Source: Nageia nagi (taxonomy: Eukaryota > Plantae > Pinophyta). From it: a stretch of 64,000 nt of DNA. How positions within the stretch are numbered: position 1 is the first letter of the stretch; every line of letters starts with the position of its first letter. The position numbers and the translations under genes are program-made. The stretch spans positions 102,238,001-102,302,000 of the forward strand of contig JBITNC010000001.1 of assembly GCA_050084985.1 (NCBI GenBank). Direction: 5' to 3'. Below are positions 13,660 to 26,400 of this stretch, piece after piece. The notes beneath the pieces were generated by a model, which saw nothing but the letters and a program-made list of their open reading frames with translations, was not told the DNA's origin and made no database searches.

Positions 13660-13854
13660 TTTATCCTTATTGAATGATGTGGCCTTTTCCTTATCATTCG
13701 ACATGGACCTAATCTTATCATTCAACATGGCCCTAACCTTGTCATTTAGCATGGCTTTGGCCTTGTCGAACATCAAATGAAAAGTCCAAGGCAATGTCAA
13801 ATAACAAGGAAAGGGCCATATCATTCAACAAGGACAAGGCCATGTCATTTGAAA
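13660..13854. repeat. 24-bp degenerate subterminal repeats of the hAT element
   Basis: ccttatcattcgacatggacctaa-like units, partly inverted. They explain the periodic ORF 13606-13824. Confidence 0.75.
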
Positions 13855-14115
13855 TGATTTATAATATTTAATAAGTTATATATTTATTAGATCTTCAAAC
13901 ACAAATTTAATAATTCTTTTAGTACAAATTAATCTTATGTTCCTAATATGAGGAAATATTGGCTATCAAGAAATAAAATAACCATTAATAAAATGCACAC
14001 ACATAATAGAACACAAGTAATTATACTAGTAAAAGCTCAATGTGGGGAAACACCCACATAAAAGATATCTCATTTATAAATTGATCAAAATGAAACAATA
14101 AAACCATAGTAGGTA

Positions 14116-15492
14116 TGATCCAAACTGGATTTTTGTAGTTGTAAAAAAAGTGATTTTTAAGTTTAAAATTTTGTTGATTATTCTCTTCCATATTAAAGAG
14201 CTCACTTCCATGATTTTGATGCTTCAAATGATAAATAAAATAGAGCTATGGTTTGTAAGTTATGATTTTTCAAAATTTGGAGCTAAATATAAAATATGCA
14301 AAATATGCGTGGAAGGTTTTATTGATGGAATCACCAAGAGAAGCTCAAATTGATTCATAGCTTGAAATTTGAATCATTTGTACCTCATATTATGGTGAAC
14401 ATGTGGTTAAAATTGTAAGGAGTTTGGATTGAATTGAAATGTATGGTGCTCACAAAATGGTAAATTCTCATTCTGTGTTCATGACAGCCAATTTTGACAG
14501 CTACTAGGTGCAAATTTGCATTGGAGGCCAACTTGATGACAATGTTGGGAGCTACCAGTAAGGTGTTAAAGTGTGAAATTTAGATCAGTTAATATACATA
14601 TATACAAGAACACCTCAATGAAATTTCATGATATTTGGAATTACAGTCATGAAGTTGTAGTCATGACAAAATGGCACCACAAGCAGTTTTGCAAAATCCA
14701 AAAAAATAGGAGAATATAACCATATGAGGCCAAAACAATGCTACAAGAATACAAATGAGGGAGATTATTGTTTTGAGGGTGAGAGAGCATATTGTAAATA
14801 AGGAAAAATAACAAATATTGTCTTATCACCATGTAACCATAAACTCCAAACTTGTAATCTCTTAATGTTATAAAAGGGAACATGGAGTATGGAAAAATTG
14901 AATTCCTTTTAGTGGGTTTTCCTACCAAGTAGAGTGTGTTAATGTAGGTTTGGAAAAATGTAGAAGACTCTATTTTATTGTAAAATCCATGGAAAATAAC
15001 AAAACCATGAGAGTAATAATGGAGGTGCATTTCTAGCTTTCATAGAAGAAGAAAAAGAATATGAAGAAGATTATTACCATGGAGAAAGAAGTGGAGGACA
15101 TAGTCTCCATGATGAAAAAAAAAAAGACAAAGAGTAGTTCTAAAGATGATATCTTAGGATAAGAGACATGGAACTAAGCTCAAGAACTTTCATTGAAAAG
15201 AGAGTCATCTTCCAAAAAGGGATTTAGTGGAAAGGTTACAATGATCGTGTGATTCAACTTTGACAAACAAAAGAGTGAAGCAAGAAAGATCATACAAGTG
15301 ACATTGTAAAATGGAATCTACAATAATGGATTGTTATATGCTTGATGTATACCACATTGATCGAACTAGGGTAACTAAGTGTGTACATCATTTGTATATT
15401 TTTTATTTGGTGTGCATATTTATTTCTGCAAGCACTAAAATGAACAAAGTGTGAAGATCTAAATTAAATCTTGAAGTGGGATTTACAAATGA
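14116..15492. mobile_element. Solo LTR inserted into the 3' LTR of element A
   Basis: Begins TGATCC and is flanked by a perfect AGGTA TSD (14111-14115, 15493-15497). The host LTR alignment to 37057-37939 resumes exactly after it. Confidence 0.8.
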
Positions 15493-16149
15493 AGGTAGAT
15501 GTGACACTATCTCCATAAGCACAACATAGCCTAATAGTATCCAAACTTACTGTTTGGCCAATTTTGTCAATCCTCCAACATTCTCCAGTCTTAACAATGC
15601 CAAAGAATTTTTAACAATAATCAAATCAAATATTGAACAAGTTTCTCATGGGGTATTTACTTTGAAACTCACATCTCTTCATTTAGAAACACCTATTGAG
15701 CTTCCAAGTCACTTCAATACATATATGACTTTGTATTCCTCATGAAACACCTTATGTACAGCATTAACATTGGGTATTGTATTGACACTAAAACTTAGGT
15801 TAACACTCAAGCAATTAGGTCAATAGGAGGGTCTTTAATCCTATTTGAGTGGCATCCATGTACAAGGTATTTCATATCTTTGTTGGCACCAAATCTCTCC
15901 CACAACACTCCAATATAGATCTAACTCTCAGCACCATGATCCCCATCAATTTGATAGCCTAAATCCATCATTTCTTAGTATTCTTATTATTCATAGCATT
16001 GACATTGGCTGCAATGTTGACACCAAGAAACTTACAAACAAATTGAACTAGATGTTAAAGGAATATACCAAACTTTGAGCATGAAGAATTTTGTCCATGG
16101 TTACTCCAAGATGTCTGATATCCTCAAGTTTATCCTTTCATATCACACC

Positions 16150-19100
16150 TCCCCAATGAGGAGGCTTTTGGTCTCCAACAACTCACTTTTGAATAACATG
16201 AGGGAATAAATCCTCCACCTTGGATTTATCATACCATTTTTCCCTCTTAGGTAGCCACCCCTTCATACCAACCAACCAAACCTCTTGTTGTCCCCTTCTA
16301 GTAATATGAACCTTCTTTTTCAATATGGAATCCTCCTTGAGTTCCACCATAGTAGTTAGAGATAATTCATCTACAATTGATAAAACCTATTCCATTTCTT
16401 ACTCTTCTTCATTGATCATAGTTGGATAAAATAAGTTCAAGTTTTTTGGATTAACCACTAAGTAAATTTGCATATAAGCATACAAATTTAACTTAAAAGC
16501 ATTATCACTTACTTGCTCCACATTATCAAAAGGTTCATATCTAATTTGCTTAATCTTCTTTACTTTCCCTTGCACTCCTTCCTTAATAAGATACAACCAA
16601 AATCTTTCTCCTTCTTAAAATTTGTGATCAAATCTATATTGGTCATGTCTCAACTTATACTTGGCTTGGCTAGCTTTTAGTTTCTCTTTTACCTTTAGGT
16701 GAACATGTCAAATTCTTTCAATCAATTTATTGGTCTTTTCTTCTTCTTTTAGGATTGAATTATCATTCTCTTTTTGCATCCCAAAAACACAATAAAATAG
16801 TGATTGTATAAGATACCCAAAACATATCTTAAATGGTGCCTTGTTTGGTGAAGTATGGATTTCTTGGTTATAGAAGATTTCTATGTAAACAAGTTGTTCA
16901 TCCCAAATCCTTAGATGCCTACTAGAGTATCCTCTCAACAGTTTTATCATTTTCCTATTCACTACCTTAGTCTATGAATCAAATTGAGGATGAAAGGCAT
17001 TTCTTCTCTTCAACCTTATATCCATCTTTTCCCATAAATTGGTCCCAAACATGTCCCATACTATAGAATCCCTATAAGAAGCAATAGAAGTAGGTACCCT
17101 AGAATGAACCTAGACATTAGAAAAGAATAAGTATGTTGCATCTTGGCTTATTATGGTCTTCTTTCATGGGATTAAAACATACATCTTTCTAAATCTATCG
17201 ACTACTATAAATAAATAATCATGCCCTTTCTTAGACATAGGCAATCCACTCACAAAATCCATAGAAATACTCTCCCAAGGTATGTTACGAACTAGAAGTA
17301 GCATACAAAAAACCTAATTTCCTATTATTTGGCTTGTTAATGTAATATATGACACAACCATGAATATACTTTATAATTTGTTCTTTCATTTTAGGCTAAT
17401 AGACATATCTTTTAAAATTTGCAATTATCTTTCCCACTCCAAAATATCCATCTGCTTGTAATAAATGTGCTTTTCTAATCAGTTGGATCATTTCTCCTTT
17501 AAGAACACACAAATTATTAAACTTATAAATAAGTCCATCCTTAATTGATAGTCAAACTTCTGTTCATAATCTAATTTTTATGATTGTTGCAACTAATGAT
17601 AAACCTACTTGAAGTATACATCATGCAAATAAGTCTCTTTGTATGCTTCATGAACAAATGGATAAAGATTCATTGTTGTAGATAGAATTGAAACATTATA
17701 TTATCCTAACATTGGCACTTAGCCTAGCAATGACACTAGAGGTATAGAAAGTATATATGCAATCTTATTAATATTGCCTTTTTTTGTACTTAATGATCAG
17801 GTGAAAATGTTGCAAAAATATCATCTTAAAATTTCTAACTTGTTTCTATTTTGAGATAGTTTCTAAAGGTTTATGGTTAATCTAGATGATAGTTTCATTT
17901 TTGAACAAGTAATGCTTCCACTTCTTCATGGCTTAGACTAATGTGTACAACTCATTTTCATATGTAAAATAGTTTAAAACTACACCACTAAATTTTTCTT
18001 ATTAATAACATAGGGATCTTCCTTGTTATAACAAAATGCCCCCATGGTATACTCACTTGCATTCATTTCAATATCAAATCATCAATTCTAGGTAATGGGT
18101 ACATATTCTTAATAGTAATCTTGTTTAATGCATGATAATCCATGCACATCCTCCAAGTCCCATCCTTCTTTGGCATTGAAATAATAAAACAATCACATGG
18201 AGAGGTACTTGGTCCAATTAGCCCTTTATCTAAGACCTCCCAAATCTGCTTCTTGATCTCCTCACATGGTAAGTGCAAGAACATGATTGCCACTTTGCAG
18301 GAAGTCTTAAGAACTGCTAGGTTTTATATTTTTTAATAAATTTTTAGTTTTTTTGGAATTGTGAAAAAAAATGACATGCATAATATGCATATAATTCTCC
18401 ACAAGTTAAAAAAATTAATTAAAAAAGATAAATTTAGATCAAATTATGCTTGCTAGATAATAAATGTTTTTGAAATGACAATCAAGGATAATAAAAAATT
18501 AAGAAAAAATAAAATATTAATGAAAAATTACAAAAACAATATCCTCCATAATCTTTAGTGTCTTAGGTATCCTTACCCAAAAGGATTTAAAAAAATATAT
18601 TTTTAGGTCCAATTATGCTTCTCGAACATGATGGGGTATGGTTTTGAAATTGTATTTTTAAATAGCAGATTTTGTATTTGTTTAATAACTTCTTATTTTT
18701 TTGGAATTGTGAAAAATAAAATATATGTACACAATCTACATACAATTATGTACAAGTTAAAAAAAATTAAAAATGATAAGTTTTGGTCAAATTATGCATG
18801 TTGGACATGAACACTTTTCAAAATGATAATCAGAACCAATAAAAAATAAAACATTCATGAAAAAATTACAAAACAAAATCCTCCACAATCTTTAGTATCT
18901 TAGGTATATTTACTCAAAAGGATTTAAAAAAATATTTTAATTTAGGTTCAATTATATTTGTTAGACAAGATGGGGTATGATCATGAAACTATTTTTTTTA
19001 AATAGTAGATTTTAAACATGCCTATCAAATATTAATTTCTATATCTAGGTATTAAAATAAATTACATATTTGAAAACTAAATTTCAAGAACTACATGTTT

Positions 19101-19468
19101 ACCAAAGTGACATTTTTCAATACTCAGACTCTTTGTGCTTCAAATTGTGAGATCAAGTGTGACCAAACCTGAAAAATTAGGGAAACCACTTCCACTTTTT
19201 GGTCAAAAGTGGGACTCATCTTCTTGCACTTACCCCACATTCCATTATCAATTGCCTATACAGACCTACTTTAAGGAGAGCAACATTAGCTGATATCTAG
19301 ATTTCATGCTTAATTCCTTACTTAAGTGGTAGACTCTTTGGCTTTGCAAAGACCTATTGAAACTCCTACATAATAGCCTGAATGTATCTCTTTTTATTTC
19401 CCAATGTTAATGCCTCTTATAGCATTGACGTTGCAACACAATTTATATCTCACATTGATGTTGGTCTT
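16150..19468 (-). pseudogene. Element A pol remnant (RT N-terminus, RNase H, integrase, chromodomain-like C-terminus); RT core deleted
   Basis: [40 protein letters not shown], integrase WDEQL, YEPF (GPF-like), and VHITRRGQQEVWLVGMKG. Confidence 0.9.
18267..19235. mobile_element. Non-autonomous TIR DNA transposon (MITE-like, ~970 bp)
   Basis: ~30-bp TIRs GGTAAGTGCAAGAA(C/G)ATGA(T/G)T(G/C)CCACTTT and TSD CACA(T). Removing it restores the host frame IMECEEIKKQ. It has an internal ~345-bp tandem dimer. Confidence 0.9.
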
Positions 19469-20749
19469 TGATCCATAATTTAAAATATTAAATTTTAATT
19501 TTAATCCTTTTCAAGATCAATTCACACTTGATAAAATTAAATTCTTGTAACTAGAAGATTTAGAAAAATAAAATTGGAACTATATGTAAAACTAAAGAAG
19601 AAACACAAATCACACCACACAAAGACAAATCAATTACCCTAGTTCACCCTATGTGGGTTACATCCAATAATAAAATCTCTCTTCAATAAATGGGTGAAAT
19701 GATGTACAATGACCTCCACAATCCTTTAGCACCTCTTTTGACATTCACACAAACACCATAGTTTTGAAAACACACAAAAAATTATTCTCCAACTCTCTAC
19801 AATCCTTCTCGTCAAACACCTTCAACTTGCCTCATTTTATAATAAAAAGGCATGTTCAAATTGGAGTGATTTTCAACAAAGAAATAATAGGAAAATATTA
19901 TTTTAAGATACCCAATATTCCTATCTAGCTACAATTCAAATTTGGGCTCAAATAGTTGAGCCAATCTCCCAATATTGGCTTCCAAACACAAACAAACTCC
20001 CTCTCTAGAAATACATAGGTTTGCAAATATTCTTAGCCCAATAATAGGCTAAGAAACCTATAAAATAAAGCCAAACACCTTAGAAACCATAAAATACATG
20101 CAAAACCTCAAAAATAGGGTGGATCCTATCAAAGGGTGCTACTAGGTGGCACCAAAATAAACTCTACAAGGTCAAATGGTAGCTAATAACATCAGCTAGT
20201 GGTCTAGGAAATAGGCAAGTGAAGAAGGTCAATAGTCATTGTTGTCAGGTGGTTTACCTACTAGAAGGGTAGCTTGATAGGTGACTTGGTGGTCAAAAAC
20301 CACCTAGTCCTACCATGTTGGACCCCTCCACACCATCAACGTCAAGCCTATAAGTGATCTTCTCTACACCATCAGCTATCAAGCTCTGATTGTTAGCATT
20401 AGGTGGCTACACTAGTCTATCACCCTCCACATCGGCCATCACATCATCACCTATGGGAAAACCTTCTTTACAATATCACCCCTTTGTTTTTTTAATATTT
20501 GATATATATATATATATATATTATTACTTTTGATTTTATATGAATAAAAATATCACAAACTTTCAAACCACATATCTCACACATACAAAATCGAGTTCTT
20601 AATCCAGAAAAAGCATCATGAAGATGGAGACAAACTGAAAGCCATAAACTCAAGCATACTAAATATTAAGAGGATCTAATTTTTGGATCATTCCTCCTTA
20701 TTGAGAGAGAGCTTTTGATCCCAAAAGCATTTAGGATGTCAAAATGAGG

Positions 20750-22689
20750 TGAAGATAAAGCTCCCTCACCTGATCAACTCCAAATCATTTAGCCTTATGT
20801 TGGTGTTTTCCCTTCACACTAATATGCCACACCTCATATTCACCACTATGAGATGATCTTTTCTTCTTTTCCAATACTATGTCCTTAAGCAAAACACTCA
20901 TGTACTCAAGGGCTAAATCATTAATTATCAGTAACATAAACCTTGCATCTTCTACAACCAAAGCTAGTTTGTACAACTTCAAATTCTCAACATTCATAAA
21001 GGAATAAATCTATATATAAGGTGGAAGGTCTAACTGGAATGCATTGTCACTAACTTGTGCAATAATAGTGAATGGGCCATACCTTATCAATTTCAACTTC
21101 TTCCTCTTACCATTTTGTCTCTCCTTACTAAGATGAAGTCATACATAATCCCCAACTTGAAACTTGTGATCCACTCTATGACGATCATGTCTCTCCTTGT
21201 ACTTAGCTTAACTCTTCTCCAACTATCTTTGCATCTTTTTATGAATCAACTTTATCCTCTAAATAAAACTCTTAGCTCACTCTTCTTCATTATGAAGAAT
21301 GGCATCTCCATTACTATATGAAGCAAAAGCCATATCGAAAGGTGACTTTGGAAAATAACCAAAACATATCTCAAAAAGATATTTATTAGTAGAAGAGTGT
21401 ATAGCTTGATTATATGCATGTTGAATATAACCCAAATGTTCATCTCAAGTCTTAGGATGCTTGTAAAAGATGTACCATTGTCATGTTTACCACTTTAGTT
21501 TGCCCATCTATCTGTGGATGAAAAGTTATGCTCCTCTTCAATGTAGTGCCCATCCTTTCCCACAAAGAAGTCCCAAAATTTTCCAAGAAACTTAGAATCC
21601 TTGTCAAAAATAATGGAAGTGGGAAGAGCAAAATGTATCCATACATAAGTAAAGAAAACATTAATTACTTTTTGAATTGTCATAATCTTTTTACATGGAA
21701 TTAGAATACATATTTTACTAAATCAATCCAAAACCACATACAAATAATCATATCCTCTCTTATAAATAGGAAAACCTCCAACAAAATCCATGGAAATGAT
21801 TTCCCATGGTTGTATAGGAATTGACAATGGCATGTAGAGGCCAAGCTTCCTATTACTTGGTTTGGTAACATTGCATAGCATACAACCTCTAATATACCTG
21901 CATATATTTTCTTGCATTTTAGGCCAATAACAATATCTTTGCAAATTAAAAAGAGTTTTTCCAACACCAAAGTGTCTTGAAATACAAGAAGTGTGAGCTT
22001 CCCTAATAAGATCATTCATCTCATCATTAGGAATACAAAGCTTTCCTAAATGGAAATGTAATCCATCATCCATGTGAAAGTCAATATTTCAATTTTCATT
22101 ACCATAACTCAATCTATGATACATACTCTAAAAATTAGGATCATCAACATATTGTTCTTTATAACCTTCATGCATCAAAGAACTATTTTGCAGGATTATA
22201 CCAACTTCTATGATAGGAGGTCTAAACAACATGTCAACAATCTTATGTTGTGAACCCTTTTTATACTTAATCACCAAATGAAATTATTGCAAAAATACCA
22301 TCCAATGAAAATGTCTTGATGGTTGTAATTTAGATTTTGATTGAATATATTGCAAAGGTTGATGATTTGTATGTATTATTATCTATTTACCCACCAAATA
22401 GTGTTTCCATTTTTTTACATTTTGAACTAATGCAAATAACTTTTTATCATAAGTGGGATTATTTCTTATTGCACTATTAAACATCTCTAAGTGGTAACAA
22501 AGTGGATGTCTATCATATAACAAAATTGCACCCATAGCATAATCACTTGCATCAGTTTCCATTTCAAAATATTGTTGAAGATTAGTCAAAGCAAGTATTG
22601 GACTATTATTGATTTTTTTCATTTTAACAAATCAAAAGCATGTTATTATTTTCTTCCCCATTTAAACCCATGATTCTTCCATGTAATAG
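20750..22689 (-). pseudogene. Element B RNase H, integrase and chromodomain-like tail
   Basis: FEMETDASDYAMGA, HTSCISRHFG...CMLC, WEIISMDFVGG, FHPQIDGQT. Confidence 0.9.
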
Positions 22690-23447
22690 TGTAGATGCCT
22701 ATAAATGAATTATTATTTATTAAATAATTCATTTTAGAATCTCAATGATTTATTATATAAAAAATGGTTAAATAATACCCAAAGTCGTGTCAAAGCTATG
22801 CAATATGTCTAGTAGAACCTTGTGGCATGTACAAGGGGTCAAAAAGATCAAAGTTATGTAAACTTATATCATATATAAAGGCATCAATTGATGATCTTAA
22901 AGATCATCTCTAAAAGAGAGGTCACGGGAAAAATGAATATGAGGACTCAAGAGAGATTCTAACACATGATACATCACTCTGTTATGCGTAAATATTATTT
23001 GTAAGTTATATCTTATGTTTTCTATATGATAATTCTTTTGTTCTCTCATTGCTATATTCTTTATTGCATTTGTTATATTGCTTATCTTAAGTTATTAATG
23101 GCATGCCAAGTATAGGACACCAACAATGTGCAATTGAATGAATGTATGCTTGTCTTTTGTGTATGTTTCTCTTTACAGAATGAGCATGTGATCTAATTAA
23201 ACACAAGTGTCTTTCTATTATGCATTATTGCCATATTTTAGATATATGCATCAATAAGAAATAAGTAGACCAATAGTGCATTAATAGACCCTCATAAATA
23301 ATTATTTGCATTATTTTGAGACTACATTTTGGTGAACTTGAATGTTCGATTTATCTTTCCCTACTAGCAAGATTTCATAAGTTTTTCGTTACAAGTTTAT
23401 GTCATTAGGGTCATGCATTCCTATTCCAAGGCTGATAGCAGCATAGA

Positions 23448-26400
23448 AATGGATCCAGCATTCATTTCCCTAATGCAAGAAATCAACAAAAATATGCTTA
23501 AGATGTGAAAAGCAATCGCTACATTGACTAGTATAGGAAGCTCAACATCTACTCCTACTATTAAAATTATGCCTTCTAGGACTTCACAACCACAAAATTC
23601 GGATGAATATGATGGCATATTCACTTCATCCTTAACGAATGAGATCTGCAACTTTTCCCTACCATGCAAGCACAAGGCCCCCAAGTTCGAGATGTTTAGT
23701 GGTGAACAAGATTTCAAACATCTCATTAGCTTTTAGGAGGAATGCCTATTGAAGATAGGATCAAAGAAGATATTGTTGGTAAAATTCTTCCCAAGGAGTT
23801 TGAAAGTGGATGCTAGCCAATGGTTCTACACTCTACCAAGTAATTTGATCGATTCATTCAAGACCTTAGTCAAAGTGTTCATAAGCCAATACAAGCACAA
23901 CATCAAGGAGCAAAGCAATGTATCTAAGTTATATGCAATTCAACAAGGAGGCAATGACACCCTAAAGAAGTATGTTCCATGCTTCCAAAAGGTATGGCAA
24001 TCCATTTGTAGTAAATTAGATTAACATGAAATTTGTCCTATTTTTCATGGATCTATTATATATGTTCTTAATTTGCATGCTCCTAGTGCTAAGGATATTA
24101 CTTTTGAAGTATTAGTTCAATAATTATTACAAAAGGAGAATGCATTATTAGCTTTAGGTGAACTTATGTATGAACCTAACCCCTTTGTGAAAGACACTAG
24201 AAAAATATATGCAAAGAAAGAGGAAAAATAAATACATATGATGGATAGACCTAGTTACCCTCCAAAGATGCAAAGATCTCAAATCACAAAAGAAAATTCA
24301 TATACATTTCCAGTACAACCATGCACTATTTTGAGGGATCTAATGAAAAGAGTACTTTTATATCCCCTTGATTGTTCTTCTCAAGATGATAATAGTCCTA
24401 GGGGATGCTTTGATGCCTATTGTACTTACCATCAATGAAAAGGGCATGCTAAAAAATTTTGCAAGACATTAGAAGCAGTAATATTGAAGCTTGTGGAGAA
24501 AGGAAGGAATACAATTGATGAAATCCTTGCTACTCAAGGACCTAAAATCAATATCATTTCAGTGGACAAGGAGGTTTGTGCTAACTTAAGAAGAGGATTG
24601 CCACATAATGCTCCAAATCCAATTACAACTAAACAAGTATCACTTATGATCCTAAATTTTATAGTATGATTGATCAATTGAAAAATACACCTACTAAAAT
24701 TAGTTTATATGATCTTCTTTCTACATCTCAAGTTCATAGGGATATATTATATGCTCTATTTAAGAATGAAACCATCCCTACTAATATTTTAGCTGTTATG
24801 TTTTTTGAAAAAATTAGAATCATTAAGGAATGTGATGCTATTTGTTTTTACAAATTTGAAAAGCTTAATCAAGAATTGTTAGATGAATGTTTAGCTTTGT
24901 ATATCACACCTATGTTAGATAATGGATTAGTCATAAATGTTTGCTCTAATAATTTTTTGATGCAATTGTAAGAGAAAGGTCTTGAGATTTCTTCTTTAGA
25001 AGAAGCTACCTTTAGGATTAGGGATTATGATAGCTCATCAAAGAAACCTTTAGGAATAGCAACAATCATGATTACCATAGGAATCAAGACTATACCAGCA
25101 AAATTCTAAGTTGTAGATTCTAAATTATCATATAAGATGCTTGTACGGAGACCTTGGATTTATGATATGGATGCAGTCCCTTCCACACTACATGGTAGAT
25201 TGAAGTTTGAAATTTTAGGTGACGTACATATAGTCGTGGGAGATCCTAAGCCATATCCACTATGCAATATTGCTGATCTTGATGAATTTTCCATGTTACT
25301 ACCATGATATGAGATAGAGCCCTTGGAATGCCCTACATTAGAAAACATAGATGCAGATCACAGAGATAGATATGGGAACCTACAGAATCGATGACATAGA
25401 CATGTTTGCATCCATAAAATACTTGGGATTTCCTAGGATTTTAATCATTGAAGGTCACCAACGGTGTTCCATTCTTCTAGCAGGTTGCCAATGGCATGAA
25501 ATTGATGGAAATAGTAACCAATCTTACTCTATCGTAGCTGACAAATCAAACCAAACCTCTTCAACGAACATACCTTCATCCTTCGAACTAGGTAATATCT
25601 TTTTCTCTTCTTTTGTTCATAAGTACATGGTTCAAACTTGTAGATATATAGGGGGTTTAGGAAAATCTGAACAGAGAATGATTGCTTTCCCTAATATCTC
25701 TAAGGCTCAAATGACCACAATAGGCTTGGGTAATAATGGGCAAGTAAAATAGAAATGGGGCCCATTAAATTAATTAAAAAATGCAATTTAATAGAATTAT
25801 CAGATGATATTGATGTAGATACATGGATTGATCATTCTATACCTCTTGAGATTGATTGTTTTACTACTGATGATAGTCTTCTTGAATACTTGGGTGCACA
25901 TTCGAAATTGCCCAAATCTAATAAAAAATGTAAATCAACTTATATACTTAATGAATATGCTTATTTTGGTTAAGAGATCAATTTTCATAAAGTATTTTAG
26001 GTATAGCCATTAGATACAGCTGAAGATGAAGTACCAAGCATAGAAGAATTGCCATCCTTGTTACAAAAAGAAGACCTTCCATTTCCATAAGAGGATTTGA
26101 TACACATCAATATTGGCACTTCAGATGATGAGCGATTGTTACAAATTGGAGCAACCTTACCTTTTCCACAATAAGAAAGGTACAAAAACAAGTTTATTGA
26201 GCATTCTAAGAATTTTGCTTGGTCTTATGATGATATGCTAGGATTAGTTTTCTCATTTATTATGCATAATGTACCATTGAAAAAGGGTGTCAAGTCAATC
26301 AAACAAAAACCTAGAAAGATGCATCCTTCCAAGGCCTTATTAGTCAAAAAAAAAGATAAAAAAATATTTAAATTTTGGTTTCATAAGGCCTATTGACTAT

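Larger units (their letters stand above)
8850..13854 (+). mobile_element. Decayed hAT-superfamily DNA transposon (ZNF862-like transposase) with subterminal repeats
   Basis: Transposase motifs (next feature), plus related ccttRtcatt/gacatgg short repeats at ~8960-9110 and 13660-13854. The repeat motif resumes at 37940 after the nested LTR block. TIRs were not resolved. Confidence 0.7.

Noticed and set aside
13606-13824. Repeat protein DKxRAMLN
   Set aside because: Translation of 24-bp DNA subterminal repeats.
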